Shown here: piece after piece, positions 11,664 through 20,382 of the stretch
Layout: each line of letters begins with the position of its first letter
How positions within the stretch are numbered: position 1 is the stretch's first letter
Source of the DNA: Fastidiosibacter lacustris
GTDB lineage: Bacteria; Pseudomonadota; Gammaproteobacteria; Francisellales; Francisellaceae
Direction of reading: 5' to 3'
Assembly (NCBI RefSeq): GCF_003428155.1
Contig: NZ_QLIR01000002.1
Span: 30,001 to 62,000, forward strand
Length of the DNA stretch: 32,000 nt
Program-made: the position numbers and the translations under genes
Notes under the pieces: generated by a model
What the model saw: only the letters and a program-made list of their open reading frames with translations
What the model was told of the DNA's origin: nothing
Databases searched by the model: none

Positions 11664-12141
11664 GTTTGTATGTTTGTTTTGACTGACTTTTGTGAAATAT
11701 AATACGATAATTAATGTTTTCTGAGTGGTTAAAGTGAGGCAAAAAAACATGTGGAATTTGTTTGCATGAGAAAGATAATAAATCGCATATAAATGTTATG
11801 TCTTCAAAAGTATGAATATATTCATTCGAAGAGTATGTTAATTCTTCTGTTGAAGTTGTAGAAATAAGAGAAATATGCACTCAGAAATCCCTACTTTATT
11901 GATAGCGTAGTCATGCATTGCTTGACTACTATCAATGCAAGCGATGGCTTTAGGATCATTTTTAATTGTATACAGAGCCAGACTATGCCTTGCAGGTCCT
12001 GCACAAAGCTCTAACATATGAATTTTATCTATTTGTAAGTAGTTTTTTAGATTCAGGATTTAACCACGAAAGTCCCAATCTTGGGGAATAGTATCGTATA
12101 TTTCCGGCATGCTTTCATAAAAGTTATTAATACTATTCATT
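11664..12141 (-). pseudogene. Frameshifted class I SAM-dependent methyltransferase (boundaries approximate)
   Basis: Fragments in different minus-strand frames: ATG at 12141 MNSINNF / (Y)ESMPEIYDTIPQDWDF / LQIDKIHMLELCAGPARHSLALYTIKNDPKAIACIDSSQAMHDYA (SAM-binding motif I-like) / HISLISTTSTEELTYSSNEYIHTFEDITFICDLLS. The 5' part is broken at a T5 tract (aac ttt tta tga). Confidence 0.65.
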
Positions 12142-13326
12142 TCTCACCCATAATAATGTTAACGTTGATACAAAAGACAATACCCCGATAAAAATCAGCG
12201 TATTGCCAACACCAAAATATTTATAAATTAACGTGATATTAAACCCACCAAAACTAGCTAATACTCTTTCACCAGCTGCTAAAGATAATAAACCAAAAAT
12301 ACGATTACTATCTTTGAATAGGGTATTGTTTAGCTCACCTAACGGTCCATATTCAAGATCACCAAAAACGAACATACTCAATGTCATAATAGCAAATACA
12401 ACTATATTAGACACAAAAAAACCCATCATAATAAAGCTAATTGAAAATAACCATCGCAATACAACCACTTGCCACATCAGGTTATTTGATATTAGCTCAA
12501 TGTAGCGATACAACCAAATAACGCACAATCCGCTTAGCAAGTAGATCAAGCCATAAATGCTGGAATTAACAAGCAATGAGTAATGCATTGTGTCACCAAG
12601 TATATTCTGAAATACAGGCATCCAAATAACCGCATAACCGTTATAGATAAAACCTAATATTGCAAAAAAAATCAAAACCATTAAAAACTTTCTATCACGA
12701 AAAAAATATATATGCCTAAAAAATGAAAAATTAGCATCATGGGACTTTAATGATTTACCATCAATGACCAAAAATATAGTGACGGTGTAAAATAATAAAA
12801 GCACAAATATTAATTTGAACGTATAAGCGTATCGATAAAGTTGAGTCATGAATGCACTAAAAACAATCCCTAAAAATGTTGCAAAATTTGACAGAGATTG
12901 TGTTTTGCTAAAAACCTTAGTTTTGCTGATAGAATATTGTAATTTATGAATACTATTAACATACCATCCTTGCAGCACACCTGAAAACGTTGCCATCCCT
13001 AGACCCCAAAAAACAAATGCCACATACATCAATGATAGAGTGTCACTTAATGCAAACAACAATGCAGAGAAAGCTTCTATTATTAAGCCAAAGACAAATA
13101 TTAGTTTACGGTTAGACATATCAGCTAGTATGCTCAATGGAAGTATGCCTAATATGGTTGTTATTGACATAATGGAATAACCAACACCAATACTTACAAT
13201 AGAAAAACCAATATCTAATAAAAACAGGGTTAAAATCGGAAACTTCATCGTGATGATAAATCTATAAAATGAAAAGAACAGGTAATAACTTACCGTTAAT
13301 TGAGACTCACTTAAGAGAATTTTCAC
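12133..13326 (-). CDS. MFS transporter
   Basis: 397 aa, 10-12 predicted hydrophobic helices, SILADMSNRKLIFVFGL (loop 2-3 MFS motif). GTG start overlaps the stop of the upstream radical SAM gene (GTGA). Confidence 0.85.
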   Translation of the reverse strand: MKILLSESQLTVSYYLFFSFYRFIITMKFPILTLFLLDIGFSIVSIGVGYSIMSITTILGILPLSILADMSNRKLIFVFGLIIEAFSALLFALSDTLSLMYVAFVFWGLGMATFSGVLQGWYVNSIHKLQYSISKTKVFSKTQSLSNFATFLGIVFSAFMTQLYRYAYTFKLIFVLLLFYTVTIFLVIDGKSLKSHDANFSFFRHIYFFRDRKFLMVLIFFAILGFIYNGYAVIWMPVFQNILGDTMHYSLLVNSSIYGLIYLLSGLCVIWLYRYIELISNNLMWQVVVLRWLFSISFIMMGFFVSNIVVFAIMTLSMFVFGDLEYGPLGELNNTLFKDSNRIFGLLSLAAGERVLASFGGFNITLIYKYFGVGNTLIFIGVLSFVSTLTLLWVRNE

Positions 13327-14942
13327 TCAGTTACATCCATGTTTATATTATTTACATAGGCATGGTATTCACTTAATGGTGGAATAACCTCATCGAATCC
13401 ATGGTCTCCAATATAGACTTTATTGCCATCATGCGTCAATATTGTTTCATTTTTTGTACATGTTTCACTAAGCCGTTTAGGCAAGAATCTTTGATTAAAG
13501 AGATCTATCATCTCAAATAATAATATTTGATTTTTCTTAATGCTTTCCTTGGACATTTTTAATGAGCCTTTCTCAAATTCGCCAACATAATAATTTGCTA
13601 AATACAAACTAAACTTATCAAGGTTAGCAAACCAGGCTTCAATTCCTTTTTGAATAGGCTTAATTTCATGCAAATAGGCAAAATTTAATTCCGTACTTTT
13701 CTTTTCATTCTCATATGATAATGATCGTAAGACTTCAATTAATGGCTCAAATTCAGTGTTGAATACATATTTATTGGTGTTTTGGGAACGAAAATACATT
13801 GTCCATTTCGTATAAGTCATGTCACTAAATAAATACTTTTCTAAGCCTTTATTATCCCAACTATGCTCTATATTTAATAAAATAGTCTGTACTCTAAGGC
13901 AGCTGGCATTTTCATGAGTCATAAAGTCATTTAAAGTCTTTATATTATGCTTCAAGGACAATATAGTAGTATTTCTATTAAATGGGATCATGCTTAAAAA
14001 TATATTAATATCCCTGTCTAATAGGTTGATTACACTAGCTTTGATCGTTTCACTTTTTAAATGTTTGTTAAGCTGATCTAAATCACTTTGATAAAATGAC
14101 TCCGCCCCCATATAGACATTATATAATCCAGCCTTCTTTAACAAATCATAATCATTAAATAACTCTAGAGTATCCGCTCGACAATATATCATAAAATTAA
14201 TGTCTGGAAACTTTATGGATATGAGTCTCAACAGTTCTTTACGTTCCTTGTGAAATTTTTTGTTTGCTCCTAAAAATTCCAAATCGAAAAAGAAGAATTT
14301 CCTAATACCCTCCTTGTAATATGTATCAATATCACTAATGATTAAACTATTGCTCCTTGTGCTCCATCTAGATGGGAATGTTGTAAAATTATTAACAAAA
14401 CAGAAATCACACTTATAAACACAGCCTCTAGTAGTTTCTATTGCAGCAGTAAAAAGTTTTTCCTTTTCCTTAGAAACTATTGATCCCATATAGTACGGTG
14501 TTTGTTTGCAATGTATAGAGTGAATATAAGGACTTTTTACCGTTAATCCTACTGATTTGGCTAATTCCATTTCACTATGAATAACGAAATTGATGTCAGT
14601 ATTTATATATTTCCTGAGTTTTTTACTTGCTGTTGCTATTTGCCCATAAATATTAACACTTGCTTTTGGATAATGCTTTTTTACATTTTCTGCCAACCGA
14701 ACAGCATAATGAGGTACTGAACCTCTTTCCCGTGAAACTATAATATAAATTTTATCTTCACCAAGAAGGTAGTCTGCGCTAGATAAGTCTGGATTCAAGA
14801 CGAAATCTTTAACTATACATTCATGGTTACCCTCCACATGGTTATCCACGAAACCTAAAAATGAAGTTATAATAGGGTCTTCTTGAGTGGATACAGAGTT
14901 ATAATGATCCGCTTGAGGCGGTCTAACAAAAACAAGAAACAA
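13323..14942 (-). CDS. Cobalamin-binding-domain radical SAM protein
   Basis: TTRGCVYKCDFCF (CxxxCxxC radical SAM motif). N-terminal VRPPQ... / GEDKIYIIVSRERGSVPHYAVRLAENVKKHYPKASVNIYGQ is B12-binding-like; FFFDLEFLGANKKF and VYMGAESF follow. Probable TTG start at 14942 preceded by GGGAG; the ORF track extends to 14984. Confidence 0.82.
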   Translation of the reverse strand: MFLVFVRPPQADHYNSVSTQEDPIITSFLGFVDNHVEGNHECIVKDFVLNPDLSSADYLLGEDKIYIIVSRERGSVPHYAVRLAENVKKHYPKASVNIYGQIATASKKLRKYINTDINFVIHSEMELAKSVGLTVKSPYIHSIHCKQTPYYMGSIVSKEKEKLFTAAIETTRGCVYKCDFCFVNNFTTFPSRWSTRSNSLIISDIDTYYKEGIRKFFFFDLEFLGANKKFHKERKELLRLISIKFPDINFMIYCRADTLELFNDYDLLKKAGLYNVYMGAESFYQSDLDQLNKHLKSETIKASVINLLDRDINIFLSMIPFNRNTTILSLKHNIKTLNDFMTHENASCLRVQTILLNIEHSWDNKGLEKYLFSDMTYTKWTMYFRSQNTNKYVFNTEFEPLIEVLRSLSYENEKKSTELNFAYLHEIKPIQKGIEAWFANLDKFSLYLANYYVGEFEKGSLKMSKESIKKNQILLFEMIDLFNQRFLPKRLSETCTKNETILTHDGNKVYIGDHGFDEVIPPLSEYHAYVNNINMDVTE

Positions 14943-15078
14943 ACCATTCTCCCAAAACTCAAAATAAAACGCATAAAAACACACTTTCCGGAATAATTAG
15001 TCCTCGGCATCTTTTTTATCGTATAGATTTTTAAAAATTTAACTCATAAGTATCTCTGAAGTTACGCGAATATGATTA

Positions 15079-15189
15079 TTACCCTTCGGCATTCTGAAAA
15101 GTAACAAAACTTCTACGCAAATCACTATTTACTTTACTTGACGCAAGTTGACCAGAAAAAAAATCATTCATAATTTCTTTTGCATCCAT
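15079..15189 (-). CDS. Small peptide, 36 aa (candidate precursor peptide)
   Basis: Translated by hand: MDAKEIMNDFFSGQLASSKVNSDLRRSFVTFQNAEG*. Preceded by TAGGAG about 8 nt upstream of ATG. Co-oriented with and directly upstream of the radical SAM gene. Below the ORF-track length cutoff. Confidence 0.5.
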   Translation of the reverse strand: MDAKEIMNDFFSGQLASSKVNSDLRRSFVTFQNAEG

Positions 15190-15293
15190 AAAAAACGCTC
15201 CTATATTGAGTTGGTTGATATAAATTTGATTAAACTTAATGTAAATAAGTTACAAAAAATCTCATCTCGCTAAGAGTAAAAAAAACGGTTATG

Positions 15294-15299
15294 TGTCAA
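15294..15299 (-). promoter_or_regulatory. Candidate -35 element upstream of the small peptide ORF
   Basis: Minus strand reads ...TATTGACACATAACCG...; perfect TTGACA, but no convincing -10 at optimal spacing. Confidence 0.25.
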
Positions 15300-15477
15300 T
15301 ATAAAACATTTAAAAAAGTTAAATTTTGTATATTTTTTATTTTCTTATGAATTTTTAGAAATGATATTATTGGTAATATATCAAAACAAAAGATTGGAAA
15401 AATAGTTTGTAAGAGCTCCTACCTAATGTGTCTTGCTTTTTTGAGGGCATTTATTCCTAACTGAATACGCTAAATCA

Positions 15478-15559
15478 AGATGAAGTTTGTGAAACCTCAT
15501 ACAAGGATCGAGGAGGAAAATATCAAGGGCAGACAGGGGTGACTCTACCAAGAGCATAA
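15478..15559 (+). repeat. dcd: Right copy of 82-bp direct repeat (orphan dcd 3' end)
   Basis: agatgaagtttgtgaaacctcatacaaggatcgaggaggaaaatatcaagggcagacaggggtgactctaccaagagcataa; encodes [26 protein letters not shown] without an upstream gene body. Confidence 0.93.
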
Positions 15560-15689
15560 AAAATCAAATATTAGTGTATAGGTGTATGTATAAATTTAGT
15601 GACTATAAATTACCTAATCAGGTTGAGTTTGCACCATATTTTTTATTAAATGATAAACGTTTTTACATTTAATAAGATGGATTAAAGGT

Positions 15690-17615
15690 ATGCGATTGAT
15701 ACTTTTGGCGTTTTTAGGTTTGGCATTAACAACATTTTCCTTTAGTTATGGAATGGATAAGGCAGAAATTGCCGAGTATTATAAAGCTAAAGATTTACTA
15801 TCGAAAAAAAATTATAAAGCCTATTATCAAGTCAAAGCAAAACTAACAAAAACGCCATTATATACTTATTTGCAATATCAAGAAATTTTATCTGATCCAG
15901 AGCATTTTAAAGATCAGACAATAGAAGACTTTTTAAAAGTGAATCAAGGCAGCTTCTGGGCAGCAGAATTAAGAAAAGATCTGGCTAACTATTATATCAG
16001 TAAACAAAGTTGGTCACGTTTTCTGCAATATTATGAAGGGAACTTGGGTGTAAATGGTCAGTGTTATGCTATTCAGGCTAAGTATGCAACTGGAGAGCAA
16101 GAAGCAGCTTTGGCAGATTTTACCAAACTTTGGTTGTCACGCGTACGTTTGCCTAAAGCATGTAATGATTTCGAAACTATCTGGCAGAATAAGATTATGC
16201 CAAGTGAAAGAGAGATTCGCTTAAAAACTTATGCACTTGCTACTACAGGTTATGTTGACCAAGCCTTAAAATGGATAAATAAAACTAACAATAAAACTCT
16301 CCAAGGTTTTTATGGTTTATGGTTAAAAGCATCGCAAAACCCTAAAAAATTTATGATTGATTGGGTAGAAGAGTACCATCAGATTAATGGCTTTTCATCT
16401 GCAATTGTGAGTGTAATGGACAACTTGTCTGCTAAAGATGTGTATTATGCTGCATCATTTTGGCAAGACTTTAAGCAGAAAAGTTTATTAGATGATAAAA
16501 CGATTAATCTCATTAATGCTGAAATCGCAATTGATTTTGCGAGAAGTCATCATAAAGAAGCATTGACATGGCTTAAGCTAGTTGAAAGCGAATATGCATC
16601 AAGTTTGCTGTGGCAGTGGCGTTTACGTACGGCTTTATATTGGCAGGATTATAAGCTCTATTTAAAATGGTATGATGAACTATCTACTGACTTGAAAAGT
16701 GCTGATGAATGGCGTTATTGGCAGGCAAAAAGCTTGGCAGCATTAAAGCAAATGGATAAAGCTAAGCCTATATTTACTGAGCTTGCAAAACAATTAAGCT
16801 ACTATGGATTTTTATCAGCAGATGTATTGAAACTTCCCTATGTACTTACTAATGAGAATGCAATTGTTGCCCTTGATGTAATTAAAAATATGAAAAACAA
16901 TCTTACTGTACAGCAAGTTTTTGATTTATATCAGATAGGAGAGTATGGTTTATCTTATTCACTATGGCGCTGGAGCATGAATAGTTTTACACGTGAAGAG
17001 TTATTGGCAATTGCTAAACTTGCCCATGATGACAAGATTTACCAAATTTCGGTTAGTGCTTATGGCAATTCTGGTGCCGTGAATGATTTAGTAGGGTTAT
17101 ATCCATTGGCTTTTTGGTCAGATGTAAAAAAGGCAGCAAAGGACTTTGAGATACAGCCAGATGTTATTATCGCGATGATGCGTCAAGAGTCAGCCTTTCG
17201 CGTGCATGGCATATCATCAGCAAGTGCCACAGGTTTAATGCAGTTGTTACCTTCTACAGCCGAATTTTTAGCAAAGAAATATCGTTTAGATTATAAAGAC
17301 GGTGACTTATATCAACCCAATAAAGTAATTATTCTGGGTGCGGCTAATTTAAATTTTATGGATAAGCTTTTTAATGGCAAACTGGTGCTGGGGATGGCTG
17401 CGTATAATGCTGGACAAGGAAATGTTGCAAATTGGCTACCAGAACACACAATGAATGCGGATCAGTGGATTGAGATCATGCCGTTTGGTGAGACGCGGCA
17501 ATATGTGAAAAATATCCTTCGAAATCTCGTGGTTTATAACCAGGTTATTCTAGGCAATAAAACCTTTCATTTAAGCCAGCTGATGTTACCGATATCGAAA
17601 AAAGATAAGTCATAA
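15690..17615 (+). CDS. slt: Soluble lytic murein transglycosylase (Slt70 family)
   Basis: 641 aa; signal peptide, superhelical N-terminus, IAMMRQESAFRVHGISSASATGLMQLLPSTAEFLAKK, LGMAAYNAGQGNVANWL. Confidence 0.92.
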   Translation: MRLILLAFLGLALTTFSFSYGMDKAEIAEYYKAKDLLSKKNYKAYYQVKAKLTKTPLYTYLQYQEILSDPEHFKDQTIEDFLKVNQGSFWAAELRKDLANYYISKQSWSRFLQYYEGNLGVNGQCYAIQAKYATGEQEAALADFTKLWLSRVRLPKACNDFETIWQNKIMPSEREIRLKTYALATTGYVDQALKWINKTNNKTLQGFYGLWLKASQNPKKFMIDWVEEYHQINGFSSAIVSVMDNLSAKDVYYAASFWQDFKQKSLLDDKTINLINAEIAIDFARSHHKEALTWLKLVESEYASSLLWQWRLRTALYWQDYKLYLKWYDELSTDLKSADEWRYWQAKSLAALKQMDKAKPIFTELAKQLSYYGFLSADVLKLPYVLTNENAIVALDVIKNMKNNLTVQQVFDLYQIGEYGLSYSLWRWSMNSFTREELLAIAKLAHDDKIYQISVSAYGNSGAVNDLVGLYPLAFWSDVKKAAKDFEIQPDVIIAMMRQESAFRVHGISSASATGLMQLLPSTAEFLAKKYRLDYKDGDLYQPNKVIILGAANLNFMDKLFNGKLVLGMAAYNAGQGNVANWLPEHTMNADQWIEIMPFGETRQYVKNILRNLVVYNQVILGNKTFHLSQLMLPISKKDKS

Positions 17616-17737
17616 AAGATAAGTCATTCATGAAGCAAAGTTGACGAAATAAAAATGGCGCTAATCACTTTTGACTTCACTTAGTTCATAGTAAACTACT
17701 CGATGATTTAAAATAGTATTTTCCAAAGTGAGCTACC

Positions 17738-20326
17738 ATGATTACAACAAATGAAATTAGGCGATCTTTTATTGAGTTCTTTAAGGCTAAAGGACATGAA
17801 CCAATTGCAAGTTCATCATTAGTGCCAACCAATGATGAAACACTTTTATTTACTAATGCTGGGATGGTGCAATTTAAAGATGTATTTTTAGGCGTAGATA
17901 AAAGAGGGTATAGCCGAGCCGTAACAGCTCAGAAATGTCTTCGGGCTGGTGGTAAGCATAACGACTTAGAAAATGTAGGCTATACAGCGCGTCACCATAC
18001 TTTCTTTGAAATGCTAGGGAACTTTAGTTTTGGTGATTATTTTAAGCGTGATGCTATTTTTTTTGCTTGGGAGTATTTAACAGTAGTTTTAAAATTACCT
18101 CAAAATAGGTTATGGGTAACTGTTTTTGAAGAGGATAAAGAAGCTGAGGAGATTTGGTTAAAAGAAGTTGGTATTGACTCACAGCGTTTATCACGCATAG
18201 GAGCAAAAGATAATTTTTGGTCTATGGGTGATACAGGACCTTGTGGACCGTGTACAGAAATTTTTTATGATCATGGTGAGGAAGTTGTAGGTGGTCCTCC
18301 TGGCACCCTTGAAGAAGATGGTGATCGTTATATTGAGATCTGGAACTTGGTTTTTATGCAATATAACCGACTTTTGGATGGCACCTTAGAGAAATTACCT
18401 AATCCATCGGTGGATACTGGTATGGGGTTAGAAAGAATTGCTGCTGTTTTACAGCATGTGCATAGCAATTACGAAATTGATTTGTTCCAAAAACTTATTG
18501 ATGCAGCAGCGAGAATAACAAATAGTGACGATTTCAATAATCCTTCATTAAAGGTATTGGCTGATCATATTCGTGCTTGTGCTTTTTTGATTGCAGATGG
18601 TGTATTACCGTCAAATGAAGGTCGTGGTTATGTATTAAGACGCATTATTAGGCGTGCTATTCGTCATGGTCATAAGGTTGGGGCAGTAGAGACGTTTTTT
18701 TATAAACTCGTTTCTACCTTAGTAGAAGTGATGGCAGATGCTTATCCCGACTTAAAGTTAAAGCAAGCATCGATTAAAGAAGCACTTAAAAAAGAAGAAC
18801 AACAGTTTGAAAAAACACTTAGTAATGGTATGAAAATATTAGAAGAAAGTATCAGCAACCTTACTGACTCTATCATACCCGGAGATATCGCTTTTAGGCT
18901 TTATGACACCTATGGTTTCCCACTTGATTTAACAGCAGATATTGCACGCGAGCGCAATTTAAGCGTTGATGAACAAGGTTTCTTAACTTGTATGGAAGCA
19001 CAAAAAGAGCGTGCTAAATCTGCCAGTAAGTTTGATGTGGATTATAACCAGATGATCAAAAGTCAAGTGAAAACCAGGTTTGTTGGTTATTCTGTCATTG
19101 TTTCAGATGCCACTATTAATGAAATTTATCACGATACGAAAAAAGTTATGTGCTTATCAGAAGGACAAAATGGTGTAATTATATTGGACCAAACACCATT
19201 TTATGCAGAATCAGGGGGGCAAGTTGCTGATAAAGGTGTTATTAATGCTTTAGGTAGTGTGTTTCAAGTAGAAGATGTACAGAAGTCAGGTGAGGCGTAC
19301 TTGCATATTGGACGTGTTATTAAAGGTAACTTTAATGTGGAAGATGAGGTTACAGCACAAATTGATAAGACTCGTATCACAATTGCAGCACATCATACGG
19401 CAACACATTTATTGCATGCGGCGTTAAGAGAGGTAATTGGTACTCACGTTGAGCAAAAAGGCTCATTGGTTGAGGCAAGTAAGTTTAGGTTTGACTTTTC
19501 AAATCCATCAGCAGTGACAGTGAAGCAATTAAGGGATGTTGAGCATTTAGTTAATGCTGTTATTCGTCAGAATATTGTGGTAGAAACAATCGAAACGACG
19601 CCTGCCATAGCACAAAATATGGGTGCGATGGCTTTATTTGGTGAAAAATATGGTGACATTGTCCGTGTACTTCGAGTGGGTAATTTTTCTATTGAACTTT
19701 GTGGTGGCACGCACGTTACACAAACAGGGGATATTGGTTTATTTAAAATTGTCGCTGAATCAGGGATTGCAGCTGGGGTGCGTCGTATTGAGGGCGTTAC
19801 GGGTCAATTTGCCGAGCAATATGTAGAAGCGCAGGAGGAAGTATTGGCTACGATTCACGAGCTTTTAAAATCAAGCGATGATAATGTATTAGATAAGCTT
19901 CTAAAGTTACAACAACAACTCAAAATACACGATAAAACAATCAAAACTTTAAAACAGCAGCTTGCTGGAGGTAGTGATATAGAAGTTAGAGAACAACAGA
20001 TTGCGGATGTGACTTTAATATCCGCACTATTGCCAAACGTTGATATGGGTATACTTAGAGAAAAAGTTGATCAATATAAAGCACAAAAATCTAAAGTTGT
20101 GGTAGTTCTATCAACTGAAAGTGAGGGCAAGGCACAAATTGCTGTAGGTGTTAGTAAGTCAATTACTGATAAAATCAAAGCAAGTGAGTTGATAAATTTC
20201 ATAGCTAACCAAGTGGATGGAAAAGGTGGCGGGCGTCCTGATATGGCGCAAGCAGGTGGTAATAATCCACAAAATTTACCATCTGCCATGACATCAGTAC
20301 ACGGATGGGTAAAAGAACGGCTATAA
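17738..20326 (+). CDS. alaS: Alanine--tRNA ligase
   Basis: 862 aa; IRRSFIEFFKAKGHEPIASSSLVPTNDETLLFTNAGMVQFKDVFLG, GCGPCTE-type motif, HHTATHLLHAALREVIG, FSIELCGGTHV, DGKGGGRPDMAQAGG. Confidence 0.98.
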   Translation: MITTNEIRRSFIEFFKAKGHEPIASSSLVPTNDETLLFTNAGMVQFKDVFLGVDKRGYSRAVTAQKCLRAGGKHNDLENVGYTARHHTFFEMLGNFSFGDYFKRDAIFFAWEYLTVVLKLPQNRLWVTVFEEDKEAEEIWLKEVGIDSQRLSRIGAKDNFWSMGDTGPCGPCTEIFYDHGEEVVGGPPGTLEEDGDRYIEIWNLVFMQYNRLLDGTLEKLPNPSVDTGMGLERIAAVLQHVHSNYEIDLFQKLIDAAARITNSDDFNNPSLKVLADHIRACAFLIADGVLPSNEGRGYVLRRIIRRAIRHGHKVGAVETFFYKLVSTLVEVMADAYPDLKLKQASIKEALKKEEQQFEKTLSNGMKILEESISNLTDSIIPGDIAFRLYDTYGFPLDLTADIARERNLSVDEQGFLTCMEAQKERAKSASKFDVDYNQMIKSQVKTRFVGYSVIVSDATINEIYHDTKKVMCLSEGQNGVIILDQTPFYAESGGQVADKGVINALGSVFQVEDVQKSGEAYLHIGRVIKGNFNVEDEVTAQIDKTRITIAAHHTATHLLHAALREVIGTHVEQKGSLVEASKFRFDFSNPSAVTVKQLRDVEHLVNAVIRQNIVVETIETTPAIAQNMGAMALFGEKYGDIVRVLRVGNFSIELCGGTHVTQTGDIGLFKIVAESGIAAGVRRIEGVTGQFAEQYVEAQEEVLATIHELLKSSDDNVLDKLLKLQQQLKIHDKTIKTLKQQLAGGSDIEVREQQIADVTLISALLPNVDMGILREKVDQYKAQKSKVVVVLSTESEGKAQIAVGVSKSITDKIKASELINFIANQVDGKGGGRPDMAQAGGNNPQNLPSAMTSVHGWVKERL

Positions 20327-20382
20327 TATTGACCATATTTAATTAATCATGATAAAAATTAATATGAACTAGGAAAAAAGGT

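Larger units (their letters stand above)
11427..15559. mobile_element. Putative integrated/decaying genomic island at the dcd 3' end
   Basis: Bounded by the dcd 3'-end direct repeat; all internal genes are on the opposite strand to dcd and include pseudogenes. No integrase or transposase found inside. Confidence 0.6.

Noticed and set aside
12233-12505. Plus-strand 90-aa ORF antisense to the island MFS
   Set aside because: Overlaps a clear MFS coding frame; shadow ORF.
15061-15477. Possible riboswitch/attenuator before the radical SAM operon
   Set aside because: Only very AT-rich short palindromes (e.g. atttttaaaaat); no GC-rich stem or recognisable cobalamin riboswitch elements.
11427-15559. 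Searched for an integrase, transposase, terminal inverted repeats or tRNA in the dcd island
   Set aside because: No plausible integrase/transposase motif, tRNA or IS ends seen, so no specific mobile element family is claimed.
19623-20289. ORFs 19623-19826 (+) and 20071-20289 (-) inside alaS
   Set aside because: Off-frame readings within the conserved alaS gene.
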